DNA of 64,000 nucleotides from Candidatus Poseidoniales archaeon (GTDB taxonomy: Archaea; Thermoplasmatota; Poseidoniia; Poseidoniales; Poseidoniaceae): positions 151,871 through 215,870 of the forward strand of contig JAYQOB010000008.1 of the NCBI GenBank assembly GCA_038144595.1, given 5' to 3'. The first letter of the stretch is position 1; each line of letters starts with the position of its first letter. Below, in pieces: positions 8,766 through 19,173 of the stretch. The translations under genes were made by a program, and so were the position numbers. The notes beneath the pieces were generated by a model, which did not search any database, was not told where the DNA came from, and saw only the letters and a program-made list of their open reading frames with translations.

Positions 8766-10832
8766 GTGCAGAGTGTCTACTTGACCTGGATGATCAGCGC
8801 CTTGGCCTTGGGCGTCATCCTGCTTCCCGTGTTCAAACCGCCTTGGGCGAAGTTGTCCCTGCCGCCGTTCGTGGATTTCTTCCGGAGGTATTGGGTCCAC
8901 ATTCTCATCGTGTTCGCCATCTACAACGCCAAGGATGTGCTCGACCAAGTGGACCGTTTGCTCATGGCGAGCACCGGCCTGGACATGACACCGTACATTT
9001 GGGCCATTGAGGGCAACCTCGTGTTGTGGGTTCAGGAGACCTTTGAGGCGGATTGGTTGACCATCGCCCTGACGCATTTCTACGTTGCCGGCTTCATGTT
9101 CATCTGCTACGTCTCAGTGTTCTACTTCGCCTACTTTGATGATCGTTGGCTTGCCGACCGGGTAACCCTGTCCATCGCTTGGGTTTACATCCTTGCCGTA
9201 CCGTTTTATCTCTTTTTCAACGTTCGAGTGACGGGTGATACCATCCCCGGAATGGAAACGTTGGCCTACACCCTCACTCCCGAAATCGCTGACTGGTTCC
9301 GAAGGATTGACCCGTTCACGAACGGGATGCCGTCGCTTCACATCGGGATTCCGTTTGCCGTGTGGTTGTGCCTCACGCGCTTTGACGACGACCGTCGCTG
9401 GAACCGCTATCGCTACACCGTGTTTGCCTACACCTTGCTGACTGCGTTCACCATCATCTACCTCGGCATTCACTGGTTCCTTGACATCATCGGGGGCATG
9501 CTCATCGCCGGCGCTGCGGTGTCCATGGCGGACCGTACCTCCAACGGTTGGTGGAAGTTCTTCGACGAGCGAACGATGAACGCTCGCATCGTCACCGTCC
9601 TGACCCGTCCAGGCCAAGCGTGGGCGTGGCTCACCGGCCGAGTTGGCCGAGAATTCAAGCAATACCGAACGCCGACGAGCCGTGAGACCGGGCGAATGGC
9701 CGTGGCCATTTTGATCGTCGTGGCTGCCGTCATCACGTGGGATTTGACCCACCGTTCCCTCCCTGCCGGCGGTGTGGAAGCTCCTGAGGCCGCTGCCGTG
9801 TCCGACGAATGGCTGGCAACGCTGGACAACCAAACCGAAGGGGTCTCCCTGTTGCTCCAGAATTTATCGGCGGCTGATGCTGCCTCCTCCAAGGTGGAGG
9901 TTCCCGGGCTGAGTCTAGATTCCACGCATGCCCTCCAGAACGACCTTCTCGTGGTGGCGAACGGCACCGCCCTGCTGATGTACGACGTTCATCAACCCGA
10001 ACGGATACTCAGCACGTTGGACCTTCCCCAACCCGAGCACTTGTTGCTGTGCGAACGTGCCTCATCGATGGTCCTCGTGTACACCCTTGACGGTGTGCTT
10101 GAGGTCACTGATCTGGAGGGCACACCCGTGCTCGTGTCGGATGATGCGCACGAAGGCATTGAGCAGTTGACCTGTTCGGGTTCCGAAATCGCCTATGTTA
10201 CCGCCGAGCGACCGATGGAAGTGACCGTCCTGCAACTTGGTGTTCGCGGCGAAGTGGGCTACACCATCAACGCCTCGGCACCGGTGGAGGAGGATGAGAT
10301 TCTGGCGTCGTGGGGCACGCCGGTTGACATGGAAAACGCCACGGTGCAAAGCATGGCCTTTGACCGGGAATACCTCGCCGTGACGGTCAACGTTTCCGCC
10401 ACCGACCGTTTGGTGCTCTACAATCGAACGACGGCCGAGCAGTGGTTGGCCAGCAATCCGAAGTACCACGTATCCGACATCTCCCTCGACCACGGCATCC
10501 TCGCCTGGTCGGTGCGCGATCACCTCAACCCGCTCTCGCCTCAGGAAAAGTACCTCGACCGAGAGATTTACTTCATTGAACTCGCCACCAACACTTCGTT
10601 TGTCTTAACATCCGACTACAAAGATCAGTGGGGGCCGTTGGTGCTGGAGCACCAACTCGTCTATTTTGAGATGGACGACGATACGATGTCGATGCGGGTT
10701 CATGCATGGGAGCCCGAACTTCGTTTGTACTCCAGCCTCGCGTTGCAGGCCGGGGTTCTTGCGGCCTTCGTGGTCGTCGCTTGGAACATGTGGCAGCGCC
10801 AGAGTGAGCGCCGTCAGAGCCGTCAACCGTGA
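8766..10832 (+). CDS. PAP2 superfamily (Aur1/IPC-synthase-like) membrane enzyme fused to a large extracellular beta-rich domain
   Basis: Multiple TM helices with NGMPSLHIG and YLGIHWFLDIIGG motifs; about 310-aa soluble region between two further TM helices. Confidence 0.75.
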   Translation: MQSVYLTWMISALALGVILLPVFKPPWAKLSLPPFVDFFRRYWVHILIVFAIYNAKDVLDQVDRLLMASTGLDMTPYIWAIEGNLVLWVQETFEADWLTIALTHFYVAGFMFICYVSVFYFAYFDDRWLADRVTLSIAWVYILAVPFYLFFNVRVTGDTIPGMETLAYTLTPEIADWFRRIDPFTNGMPSLHIGIPFAVWLCLTRFDDDRRWNRYRYTVFAYTLLTAFTIIYLGIHWFLDIIGGMLIAGAAVSMADRTSNGWWKFFDERTMNARIVTVLTRPGQAWAWLTGRVGREFKQYRTPTSRETGRMAVAILIVVAAVITWDLTHRSLPAGGVEAPEAAAVSDEWLATLDNQTEGVSLLLQNLSAADAASSKVEVPGLSLDSTHALQNDLLVVANGTALLMYDVHQPERILSTLDLPQPEHLLLCERASSMVLVYTLDGVLEVTDLEGTPVLVSDDAHEGIEQLTCSGSEIAYVTAERPMEVTVLQLGVRGEVGYTINASAPVEEDEILASWGTPVDMENATVQSMAFDREYLAVTVNVSATDRLVLYNRTTAEQWLASNPKYHVSDISLDHGILAWSVRDHLNPLSPQEKYLDREIYFIELATNTSFVLTSDYKDQWGPLVLEHQLVYFEMDDDTMSMRVHAWEPELRLYSSLALQAGVLAAFVVVAWNMWQRQSERRQSRQP

Positions 10833-11503
10833 TAACGAACACGGGTGCGAATGTCCTCGAGTCGAGCGTGAACTTCCTTCGCCGATGGGACAGCACCACC
10901 TTGGAGCACAGGCGCCGGTCCGAGGTCGTCTTCGGCTGAGAGGTAGCCCTCAATCACCCAATCAATGGCGCCCTCCCATTGGGGGTGGGACGCTCCGAGA
11001 ATCTCGTCCAGTACGTGCAAATCAATACCGAAACGCTCGACGTCGTACTCCACCGAAGCGAGACCGAAGTCGATCAGGTGAACGGTTTCGCCCTCGATGA
11101 GAATGTTGTTGCTCGACAGGTCTCCGTGCGTGGTGGCCACGCGGTGGAGGCGTCTCACCGATGCGCCGACACGCCGAAGCATCGCCTTGGCCTCGTCATC
11201 GGTCGTCGCTTCATCGTTGAGCACGTCGATCAACGGACGACCACCGAGGTGTTCGATGATGAGCTGACCGCCTTCGTAGTCAAGGTCCCAAACGGAAGGT
11301 ACTGAAAGGCCGGCTTTCCGGGTTCGAATCAGCAGGCGGGCTTCGCTGATCATGCGTCGCACCCCCAGGCGGTGGTCCAAATTGGGGTGGCGCCAGGAAC
11401 GCGGTCGTCGTTGCTTTCGGACCGCCGGGCGACCGAACCACTCACCCTTCCAAACCTCGGCTTCTGCGCCGAGGTGAAGGCGCTCTGTTGGCTGAAAGAC
11501 CAT
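10823..11503 (-). CDS. bud32: KEOPS complex kinase Bud32
   Basis: GAEA, R..R.WRHP.LD, EARL, HGDLSSNN, IDFGL, DLHVL, and C-terminal R.RY. Confidence 0.9.
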   Translation of the reverse strand: MVFQPTERLHLGAEAEVWKGEWFGRPAVRKQRRPRSWRHPNLDHRLGVRRMISEARLLIRTRKAGLSVPSVWDLDYEGGQLIIEHLGGRPLIDVLNDEATTDDEAKAMLRRVGASVRRLHRVATTHGDLSSNNILIEGETVHLIDFGLASVEYDVERFGIDLHVLDEILGASHPQWEGAIDWVIEGYLSAEDDLGPAPVLQGGAVPSAKEVHARLEDIRTRVRYHG

Positions 11504-11625
11504 GGAGGGGCTCACCAAGGCCTTCTTTTTGAACGTTCACGCCCATCCGTTCCTTCAAAAAGGGTTGAGCGTTGGGATTGATGAGAGCCATGACGGTGAC
11601 CCTCCCGATGTGTTCTGTCAACTTC

Positions 11626-12744
11626 ATGGACACCACGCTGTCCGTTGAAGAGCAAGCCGTTGCCGATCGAATTCAGGAACTGAAAGAACAGTTGGGTGAT
11701 GACTTGCTCATCCTCGGCCACCACTACCAGCGGGACAGCATTGTGATGCACGCCGATTTCCTCGGTGACTCGTTCATGCTCAGCCAAAAGGCGGCCGAAT
11801 CGGACGCCAAGTACATCGTCTTCTGTGGCGTCCACTTCATGGCTGAATCGGCTGATATTCTCACCTCCGACGACCAGTCCGTGGTCCTCCCCAACCTTCG
11901 GGCGGGGTGCTCCATGGCCGACATGGCCACGCTGGCTGAGGTCGAAGTGGCATGGCAGGAGTTGCTCGACCAATCGGGTCTTTCCGACCCCATTAACCGG
12001 GAACATCCGGAGGACGTAGCGGGCGAGGGGGAAGCCTACCTCGTGCCCGTCACCTACATGAATTCAAGTGCGGACCTGAAAGATTTCGTGGGGCGACACG
12101 GCGGCGTGGTGTGCACCTCGTCCAACGCCGAGGGCGTGTTGAACTGGGCCTTTGAGCGAGCCGGCCCAAAGGGTGCGGTGTTGTTCTTCCCCGACCAGCA
12201 TCTGGGGCGAAACACCGGCCTTGCCATGGGTATTTCCGAGGACCGAATGCCGACCTGGACACCGGGCATCGGTGCCATGGGGTCGTTGGACAACGCCCGC
12301 ATCGTGCTGTGGCATGGATTTTGTTCGGTGCACAAGCGCTTCACGCCTCAACAGATCACTGAATTCCGCGAACAACACCCCGACGGCATCGTGGTGGTTC
12401 ATCCAGAATGCCCGAAAGAGACGGTTGAACTCGCCGACGCCTACGGCTCGACCCAATACATTCGCAATTTCGTGAACAAGCAACCTGCAGGGGCCTCCAT
12501 CGCCATTGGGACGGAGATCAACATGGTCGCCCGGTTGGCTCAAGAACATCCCGACAAGCACATTGAATGCTTGGACGAGGAAATTTGCCCTTGCTCAACC
12601 ATGTACATGATTCACCCTGCGTACTTGATGGACGTGTTGGAACGTCTGGTCGACGGCGAAATTCCCAATCAAATCGTGGTGCCGGAGGAAGTTCAAGCCG
12701 GCTCCTTGTTGGCGCTCAACCGCATGCTGGCCATCTTGAAGTGA
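11626..12744 (+). CDS. nadA: Quinolinate synthase
   Basis: GHHYQ, GDSF.L, FCGVHFMAE, AGCSMA, YMNSSA, CTSSNA, PDQHLG, CSVH, HPEC, GTE and C.TM motifs. Confidence 0.95.
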   Translation: MDTTLSVEEQAVADRIQELKEQLGDDLLILGHHYQRDSIVMHADFLGDSFMLSQKAAESDAKYIVFCGVHFMAESADILTSDDQSVVLPNLRAGCSMADMATLAEVEVAWQELLDQSGLSDPINREHPEDVAGEGEAYLVPVTYMNSSADLKDFVGRHGGVVCTSSNAEGVLNWAFERAGPKGAVLFFPDQHLGRNTGLAMGISEDRMPTWTPGIGAMGSLDNARIVLWHGFCSVHKRFTPQQITEFREQHPDGIVVVHPECPKETVELADAYGSTQYIRNFVNKQPAGASIAIGTEINMVARLAQEHPDKHIECLDEEICPCSTMYMIHPAYLMDVLERLVDGEIPNQIVVPEEVQAGSLLALNRMLAILK

Positions 12745-12747
12745 GGC

Positions 12748-13116
12748 TTAGAACACCGCTTGCCCGCCTTTCCATCCAGCCAGAGCGAGCACGGGCCCGA
12801 GAATTGCGCTGACCAGAACATAGGCCCCTGCAAGACGCCAGTGCCCTGCTTCCACCATGGTGATGGTTTCCACCGAGAAGGTGGACATGGTCGTGAACGC
12901 CCCCAACAACCCAACGCCCAGCAGCAACGCTTGAGATTCGGAAAGCGCACTGGCGAGGGTGGCAGCGGCGACCAAGCCCAGCAGCAAGGAACCCATGAGA
13001 TTCACGCTGAGGGTGGCCCAAGGAAAACCGGTATCGGGTGTGGTTTCGCTGATGAGGTACCTCAACATGGCACCCACGGCGCCGCCGACGGCGACAAGCA
13101 TCCAATTTGAGAGCAT
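12748..13116 (-). CDS. crcB: Fluoride channel Fluc/CrcB
   Basis: GGAVGAMLRY, FPWATLSVN, G.LGAFTTMSTF; 122 aa, 4 TM helices. Confidence 0.9.
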   Translation of the reverse strand: MLSNWMLVAVGGAVGAMLRYLISETTPDTGFPWATLSVNLMGSLLLGLVAAATLASALSESQALLLGVGLLGAFTTMSTFSVETITMVEAGHWRLAGAYVLVSAILGPVLALAGWKGGQAVF

Positions 13117-13215
13117 GAAGAAGGCTGGTCAGCGCGGGCTAAAGTCTCTCCTTTCTCCGGAATGCGTTCGCTGCGAATGGGGCACGGTCATTAGCCGTCA
13201 CCAAGAAGACCAACC

Positions 13216-13881
13216 ATGGACCCGACCGTTTGGTTTCTCACCTCAAACGCCGGAAAGTTGGCGGAAGCCACGCACCACTTCTCCACATTGGGCATGACGG
13301 TTCGTGCCCTTGAGGTTCCGGAGGGGTCGATTGTCGAGCCTCAGGCATCAACCCTTGAGGAGGTGGCGGAGGCCAAAATTCGCCAGGCGATGGACCACCT
13401 TCCTCACGAAGGTACGATGGTGCTGGTGGAGGATGCGGGGTTGTTTGTGGATGCCCTCGATGGATTTCCCGGCGTGTATTCGTCCTACGTTCACGAAACG
13501 GTCGGCAATGCAGGCATGCTACGCTTGCTCGCACATCTCCAGAGCGAGGACCCGGCTCGCTCAAAGCGCCTCCGTTCCGCTTCGTTTCAAGCCGTTGCGG
13601 CCTTGTGGGACGGTCGTGAACTTCATTTCGGAAAGGGCGTTTGCAAAGGGTCAATCGCCTATGATGCCGAAGGGGAGAGCGGGTTTGGATACGACCCGAT
13701 CTTCATTCCATTAGACTTGGACGAGGAAGGGAGGCCCCTCGACCCAGAAACCCTTGGCGCGGTGAGCACGCACGGCCAAACCTTCGGGTCGGTGGACACC
13801 GAAATGAAACACCAATTCAGCCACCGGCGACGGGCGCTGGATGACATTGTTCGACAAGTGCAGCACCTCGTCAACCGATGA
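13216..13881 (+). CDS. Non-canonical purine NTP pyrophosphatase (HAM1/RdgB family)
   Basis: TSNAGK, EDAGL..DALDGFPGVYS, GFGYDPIF, SHR. Confidence 0.9.
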   Translation: MDPTVWFLTSNAGKLAEATHHFSTLGMTVRALEVPEGSIVEPQASTLEEVAEAKIRQAMDHLPHEGTMVLVEDAGLFVDALDGFPGVYSSYVHETVGNAGMLRLLAHLQSEDPARSKRLRSASFQAVAALWDGRELHFGKGVCKGSIAYDAEGESGFGYDPIFIPLDLDEEGRPLDPETLGAVSTHGQTFGSVDTEMKHQFSHRRRALDDIVRQVQHLVNR

Positions 13882-13938
13882 GAACTTCCTGCGTCCATCA
13901 CCGTCATAAAGAACCGATGATTGGAGGGGACGAGGGAC

Positions 13939-14874
13939 ATGGGATTCGCAAGGACCGCTGTCGGGGTGTTGTTCATCTCGGTGCTCGTGTTCTATTTGTC
14001 CACCGTCGGGCAGTTGACCGATGAAGCCAAGTGGGGTTTTGTCGGTGCCATGGCGGTGCTTGCCTTCATTTGGATCAATCTCGGTGGGCAGGCCAAACCC
14101 GCTCCGCGGGCTCGCCGTCCGGCACCAACTCCCGCTCCCGTTGTTGAGACCGAAACCGTCGCGCCTGCTACCGAAGCGATGGCTGAGGACGAAGATCTCC
14201 CTGCCCCCGTCACCGCTTCTTCGTTGGACGGGGCCACGTTGAGGGAGCGAAAACTCGCCAAGATCGCCGCCGCCGAAGCAGCCGCTCAAGTTGCTGCAAG
14301 CGAAGCAGAGGAAGCAGGCATTGAGGAAGTCGTCGTTGAAGTTGAACTCGAAGAGGTTCACGTCGCCGATGAATTCGTGGTTGATGTCAGCCCCGAGTCC
14401 GTTGAGGATGCTGACATTGAAGTCACGGTCCGAGACCGCCGAGAACGCCACGAGGCCATTCGCGAGCGCATCAAGCGTCGTCGCATGGGCCAAATGGCAG
14501 ACATCCGAGCCTCGACCGCCCGGATGTGGGAAGACCACGCCTCGGGTGAAGACCTGGTGGCATTGCTTCAAACCCCCGGGCACGGTCACAGCGTGCTGGT
14601 GGAGCCCGAACACCCTGCACCCGGTCACGTCTACGGCGCGACCTTTGTCCGCATTGATGAAGGGCGCATCCTCAAACTTCGTCTTCCCCTCGACGTGGGC
14701 TTCGAATCCGTCGGGCCGGCCGCACCTGCACAACCCGAGCTCCCCGTGCTGATCGGACCTGACGGCAAAGAACTCCCGCCCTTGCTTTCCCCGGACGGTA
14801 CACCGCTTGCCCTCCCGCCCCTTCCTGCTGCCAGCAGCGCCCTCGACGCCCTGCGCAAAGAAATGGAAGATTGA
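13939..14874 (+). CDS. Hypothetical protein with two N-terminal TM helices and acidic/Pro-rich regions
   Basis: ORF fits the gene spacing; composition only, no recognised family. Confidence 0.7.
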   Translation: MGFARTAVGVLFISVLVFYLSTVGQLTDEAKWGFVGAMAVLAFIWINLGGQAKPAPRARRPAPTPAPVVETETVAPATEAMAEDEDLPAPVTASSLDGATLRERKLAKIAAAEAAAQVAASEAEEAGIEEVVVEVELEEVHVADEFVVDVSPESVEDADIEVTVRDRRERHEAIRERIKRRRMGQMADIRASTARMWEDHASGEDLVALLQTPGHGHSVLVEPEHPAPGHVYGATFVRIDEGRILKLRLPLDVGFESVGPAAPAQPELPVLIGPDGKELPPLLSPDGTPLALPPLPAASSALDALRKEMED

Positions 14875-15151
14875 TACCTTCGCCCCTCCCAATGGGTGTC
14901 GAAACTCACGTCTCATGGTGGGTGCGTGTCCTGTTTTGTGCAGTCTCACGCCGTCACGTGCCGTACGGGGTCCCCATCGCCTCCTTTATATACACTGGAG
15001 GACTATACAATATGCTGGAGGAACCTCAGATGCCCCCGATACCCAACCAACCTGCGAGTAGATTGCGCCTGAATTGCGGAAGCGCCGGCGGACTTTGTCC
15101 GTTCAGCGAGCGTTTCTGCGCAGATGAAAGGCAAAAAGCAGGTGAAAAGAC

Positions 15152-15595
15152 ATGGGTAAGTACAACAACAAAAGGGCACGTAAATTTAGACCAAACCAGC
15201 AGATGCGTCGCAACCCCAAGACGGGGAAGGTCGAGAAGTTTGAGGGGAAGAGGGGTTCACAGCCTTCACAACCTCCTCAAGATTCAACCAAGACGTTGGA
15301 TGACGAGCAACTGACACAGAGCCAGAAAGAGCGGATCATGCATCCCTCCACGGGCTTCGTTCCACAAAAGCGTCAACCAAGGTTCCGGCCTTGCGTCTGC
15401 GAGGGCATCGACCTCGAACTGAACAACCAGCGTTTGCTCGACCTCCTCAAGCGGGAGAAGCGAGCCTACGACGATGAAACCGGTACCTACAGGGTGCTGG
15501 TCATCTCCCCTCGGTTCCGTCGAGACCACGCACGACACATGCGGCACTTCCGGACATTCCTCCGGGAGGAAAACATCGGGTTTGTTGAGGTCTGA
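15152..15595 (+). CDS. Hypothetical basic protein
   Basis: 147 aa, Lys/Arg-rich N-terminus; SD AGGTGA upstream. Confidence 0.7.
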   Translation: MGKYNNKRARKFRPNQQMRRNPKTGKVEKFEGKRGSQPSQPPQDSTKTLDDEQLTQSQKERIMHPSTGFVPQKRQPRFRPCVCEGIDLELNNQRLLDLLKREKRAYDDETGTYRVLVISPRFRRDHARHMRHFRTFLREENIGFVEV

Positions 15596-15701
15596 ATTGA
15601 GCCAGCAGGACCGTGGCCGGGCACACTCCCGGACAAGAGGAGGGCAATCGCGCCCTCTCACCTCTTGCCGACAGGCTCGATAGCGTTTCAGCGCCGCTTC
15701 C

Positions 15702-16543
15702 TCATCGGTGCTTCCAAACCGCTGTTTCACGGTTCATGAAGGCCTGAACACCGATTTCCTTGTCCTCGCTGTCGAACAGACCGGCGAAGGCGATGGCTTC
15801 GATTTCCACGCCGTCGGTGAGGCCTTCGTCGAGGGCAGCGCGGACCGTGGCCTTGCCGACACGCAGAGCGAGCGAGGATTTGCTACCGATTCGCCTGGCC
15901 ATGGCCATGACGGTTGGTTCCAAATCTTCCGGTGCGACCACGTGGTTGACCAGCCCGATGCGATGGGCCTCTTCCGCTGGTACCATGTCGCCCGTCATGA
16001 TCATCTCGTGGGCCTTGCCGTAGCCGACCAAGCGTTCCAACCGTTGGGTGGCGCCGTAGCCGGGAATGAGGCCGAGGTTGATTTCAGGCGTGCCGAAGGT
16101 GGAGCGGTTGCTGGCGATACGAATGTCGCACGAACACGCCACCTCGCATCCACCGCCCAGGGCAAAACCGTCAACCATGGCGATGGTGGGCTTGCTGAGG
16201 TTCCACAGCGCTTCAACGGCGTTGTTCTTGAATCGCTCCCGGATGACCTCGCTGCCCACACCAGCAAACTCGGTGATGTCGGCGCCTGCGACGAAGGCGT
16301 GAGGCTTGGCCCGCTTTCCTTCGGGGGTGGGTTGGGCGGCGCACCGGTGACCACCAAAACGCGGACGTCATCGGTGGCCTCCATCCAATCGCAAACGTCC
16401 TTGAGGGAGGCCAAGACCTCGTCGTTGAGGGCGTTCAGTTTGTCCGGTCGGTCGATGGTCATGCAGGCGATGAAACCGAGGTCGTCCTCATCGCTGATGG
16501 CGTGCAGGTCGACCTTCATCACGTCGCTTTGTGGGGGGTTCAT
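15702..16543 (-). CDS. Enoyl-CoA hydratase/isomerase (frameshift near 16325)
   Basis: IDRPDKLNALN...VVTGA, then AFVAGADI, GFALGGGCE and FGTPEINLGLIPGYG in the next frame; adding one base to the G-run at 16323-16327 joins them. Confidence 0.85.
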
Positions 16544-16658
16544 GGCCGGACTGAAGGCTCCCCTCTTCTTGATGTCATCGCCACAGGTCAATGAAGCACA
16601 ACCAAGGTATGATAATTCAAAACGAAATCAACGGAGTGTGGCTGGGAGCAAAGAACCG

Positions 16659-17423
16659 ATGGTCAGCGCCGTGGACATGGCGAAGAAATACGGTGATTTC
16701 ATCGCCCTTCATCCACTCAATGTGGAAGTTCACGCTGGCGAATTTTTTGGCGTGTTCGGGCCCAACGGCGCCGGGAAATCCACGTTCATCAAGCTCCTGA
16801 CCGGTCAACTCCGGCCGAGCAAAGGGCGCATTGAGGTGCTCGGCGTGGACGCCGTGAACGACCCTCAGAAAGTCAAGGCCAACATCGGCATCGTGCCCGA
16901 GTCGGAATCACCGCCCTCGTTCCTGACGCCGGCTGAATTCCTCGAGTTCGTGGCCCGTTTGCGCGGGGTTGAGGACATGAAGGCCAAGGTTGAACACTGG
17001 CTCGAATGGTTTGGCCTCCAAGACAAGCGAGACACCATGTGCAAGGACCTTTCCAAGGGTCAGCGCCAGAAGGTCATGCTCGCCAGTGCGTTTATCCACA
17101 AGCCCAAGCTCTTGTTCCTCGACGAACCGTTTGCTAACCTCGACCCGATTTACCAGCGGAAATGTCGGGAGTGGCTGCTCGAGCATGTGGCCGATGGAGG
17201 CACGATTTTCCTCTGCTCGCACGTGCTTGAAATGGCCGAACGCATGTGCAACAGAATGGCGATCATCAACGACGGGAAAGTGCTTGCAGCGGGGACGGTT
17301 AAGGGGCTCAAACAAACGGAAGAGGAAACCTTGGAAGACGTCTTCATTCGTTTGGTCGGTCGTTCCATTGAGGACGTTGAACGCCTCAGCGACGAAGGGG
17401 TCACGGACGATTCGGAGGAATGA
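16659..17423 (+). CDS. ABC transporter ATP-binding protein
   Basis: GPNGAGKST, LSKGQRQK, LFLDEP, CSH. Confidence 0.92.
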   Translation: MVSAVDMAKKYGDFIALHPLNVEVHAGEFFGVFGPNGAGKSTFIKLLTGQLRPSKGRIEVLGVDAVNDPQKVKANIGIVPESESPPSFLTPAEFLEFVARLRGVEDMKAKVEHWLEWFGLQDKRDTMCKDLSKGQRQKVMLASAFIHKPKLLFLDEPFANLDPIYQRKCREWLLEHVADGGTIFLCSHVLEMAERMCNRMAIINDGKVLAAGTVKGLKQTEEETLEDVFIRLVGRSIEDVERLSDEGVTDDSEE

Positions 17424-19117
17424 GCGTGGCCGGGACCTTCGTCGAATCGCGTCCGTGGACGGACGAAGATTTCAGCGAGCCGGGCCCGCTTGGGACGTCC
17501 TCTCACGGCGTCAAATTGAACGAACCGCTCCGGGGTTGGGCTTCGTTTTCCGCCACCTTTCGTGTCATGTTCATTGAGGAAGGTCGCAAGAGCGTTGAGT
17601 TCGCAAAAAAGCGCCAGATGGTGCTCTTTCCGCTGTTGCTGACGCTGGTCACCGCCATTTCGACCATCGGCCTGCAGTTTTTGGTGGGCGATTCCACCGC
17701 ACAAACTTCGGACATTGATGCCAAGACCTTCACCTGGCAGGAACTCCGCTTTGCCCTCCACCTGCCGATGTTCATGTTCTCCTTGGGCATGGGCACCTTT
17801 GCGTTCATGGGCCGTGATGCCATCGTTCGACGAACGGGAACGAAGAATTTCCTCTTGGCAGCACCAGCGCTTCAACCGCTGCCCAATTCCATGGCCCATT
17901 TCGCTTATTTCGTCAAGGACTTGCTGTTCTACGTGATGCTGATTCTCTCTCCCATCATCGCCGGTATGGCACTGGGCATCCTCCTCGACGGGTTTGCCGG
18001 TATCCGAACACCGCTGTTGTGGAGTTCGCTCCCGTGGACATGGTTGGCCATGGCCACGACGCTGGGTCAAGGCCTGGCGCTCTCTTTCCTGGCTTCGTCG
18101 CTGTGGCTCCGTGGACGGCCGTTCACCGTGGTTGGGCCGTTGGTGATCGTGGCCATCGGTATCGCTGTCGGCGTCGGTGTGTTGCCTGCTGATGTCCTGC
18201 TTTGGGGTCTGGCAGCTCAGTCAAGTCAAAGCGGCGTGGCGATTCTTCTGGGGTTGCTTCTTTCGCTGGGCATCGGATTGGTCGCTTCGCTGCTCATCCT
18301 CGACGACTTTGACGTGAGCGTGGTTGAACGAGGCGACTTGCTGGCACCGATGTACGCCCGGCTCGGCTTCCTTGGTCGCGGCCACATCCGCCTCATCGTG
18401 GCGAAGGAATTCGTCGACCTGTTTAGGTCGGGAGCCATCAAGAAGATGACCGTGTCCTACGCCATCCCACTCCTCGTGCTGTTGGGCATGGCGTGGCTGG
18501 TGGATTTTGCCGAGGCTCCCATTCCGATTAACCTGCTCTCTTATGCCCCGTTCCTGGGTTTCTTCGGCTTCAATTTCTACTCGTGGTTGACCATCCTTGA
18601 CTCCCCCGATTTCATGAACGGCTTGCCGCTGAAAGTCCCCGACTTGATTCGAGCCAAGGTGGTGGTGTACTTCCTCGCCACGTCATGGATTTCACTGATT
18701 TTCATCGTCTTGATGGCATGGCGACTGGACGAATGGGCTTCGTTGCCCACCAGCATCATCGTGATGTTCGCCAACTCGGTCTACATCGTCGCGCTCACGG
18801 CCTTCTTGATGGGCCTGCGACCCAACAAAGCCATTTTCGACGCCTCGATCATGGTTTGGTTTTGGATCGGGACCGTCCTGCCCCTGCTCGGCCTCTTCCT
18901 CCTCTCGTTCACCCAGGGCGATGTCAGCCTCTACGGGAACTGGTGGGAGCGAGCCAGCCAGGACGGGTTGGCGGCCACCGCCCAAATGTACGATGAAACC
19001 ATGGTCCAGCAGGGCTACATGGGGATGATCGCCATCTCCATCGGTCTGATCTTTGCTTCGGCCTTGCTCTGGAAACTGATGGACACCCGTTGGGGGCGCT
19101 CCGAGTTCTCAAATTGA
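17420..19117 (+). CDS. Multi-pass membrane protein, probable ABC permease
   Basis: About 12-14 hydrophobic segments; ATGA overlap with the ATPase gene. Confidence 0.75.
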   Translation: MSVAGTFVESRPWTDEDFSEPGPLGTSSHGVKLNEPLRGWASFSATFRVMFIEEGRKSVEFAKKRQMVLFPLLLTLVTAISTIGLQFLVGDSTAQTSDIDAKTFTWQELRFALHLPMFMFSLGMGTFAFMGRDAIVRRTGTKNFLLAAPALQPLPNSMAHFAYFVKDLLFYVMLILSPIIAGMALGILLDGFAGIRTPLLWSSLPWTWLAMATTLGQGLALSFLASSLWLRGRPFTVVGPLVIVAIGIAVGVGVLPADVLLWGLAAQSSQSGVAILLGLLLSLGIGLVASLLILDDFDVSVVERGDLLAPMYARLGFLGRGHIRLIVAKEFVDLFRSGAIKKMTVSYAIPLLVLLGMAWLVDFAEAPIPINLLSYAPFLGFFGFNFYSWLTILDSPDFMNGLPLKVPDLIRAKVVVYFLATSWISLIFIVLMAWRLDEWASLPTSIIVMFANSVYIVALTAFLMGLRPNKAIFDASIMVWFWIGTVLPLLGLFLLSFTQGDVSLYGNWWERASQDGLAATAQMYDETMVQQGYMGMIAISIGLIFASALLWKLMDTRWGRSEFSN

Positions 19118-19173
19118 CCCTCGCTGCTGTATCTGGAGGTAGGTTCTTGAGCGGCAGGCGACGGCCGTGAACC

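Noticed and set aside
15708..16658. Apparent 300-aa N-terminal extension of the ABC ATPase
   Set aside because: It is the antisense of the enoyl-CoA hydratase gene; the ATPase starts near 16659.
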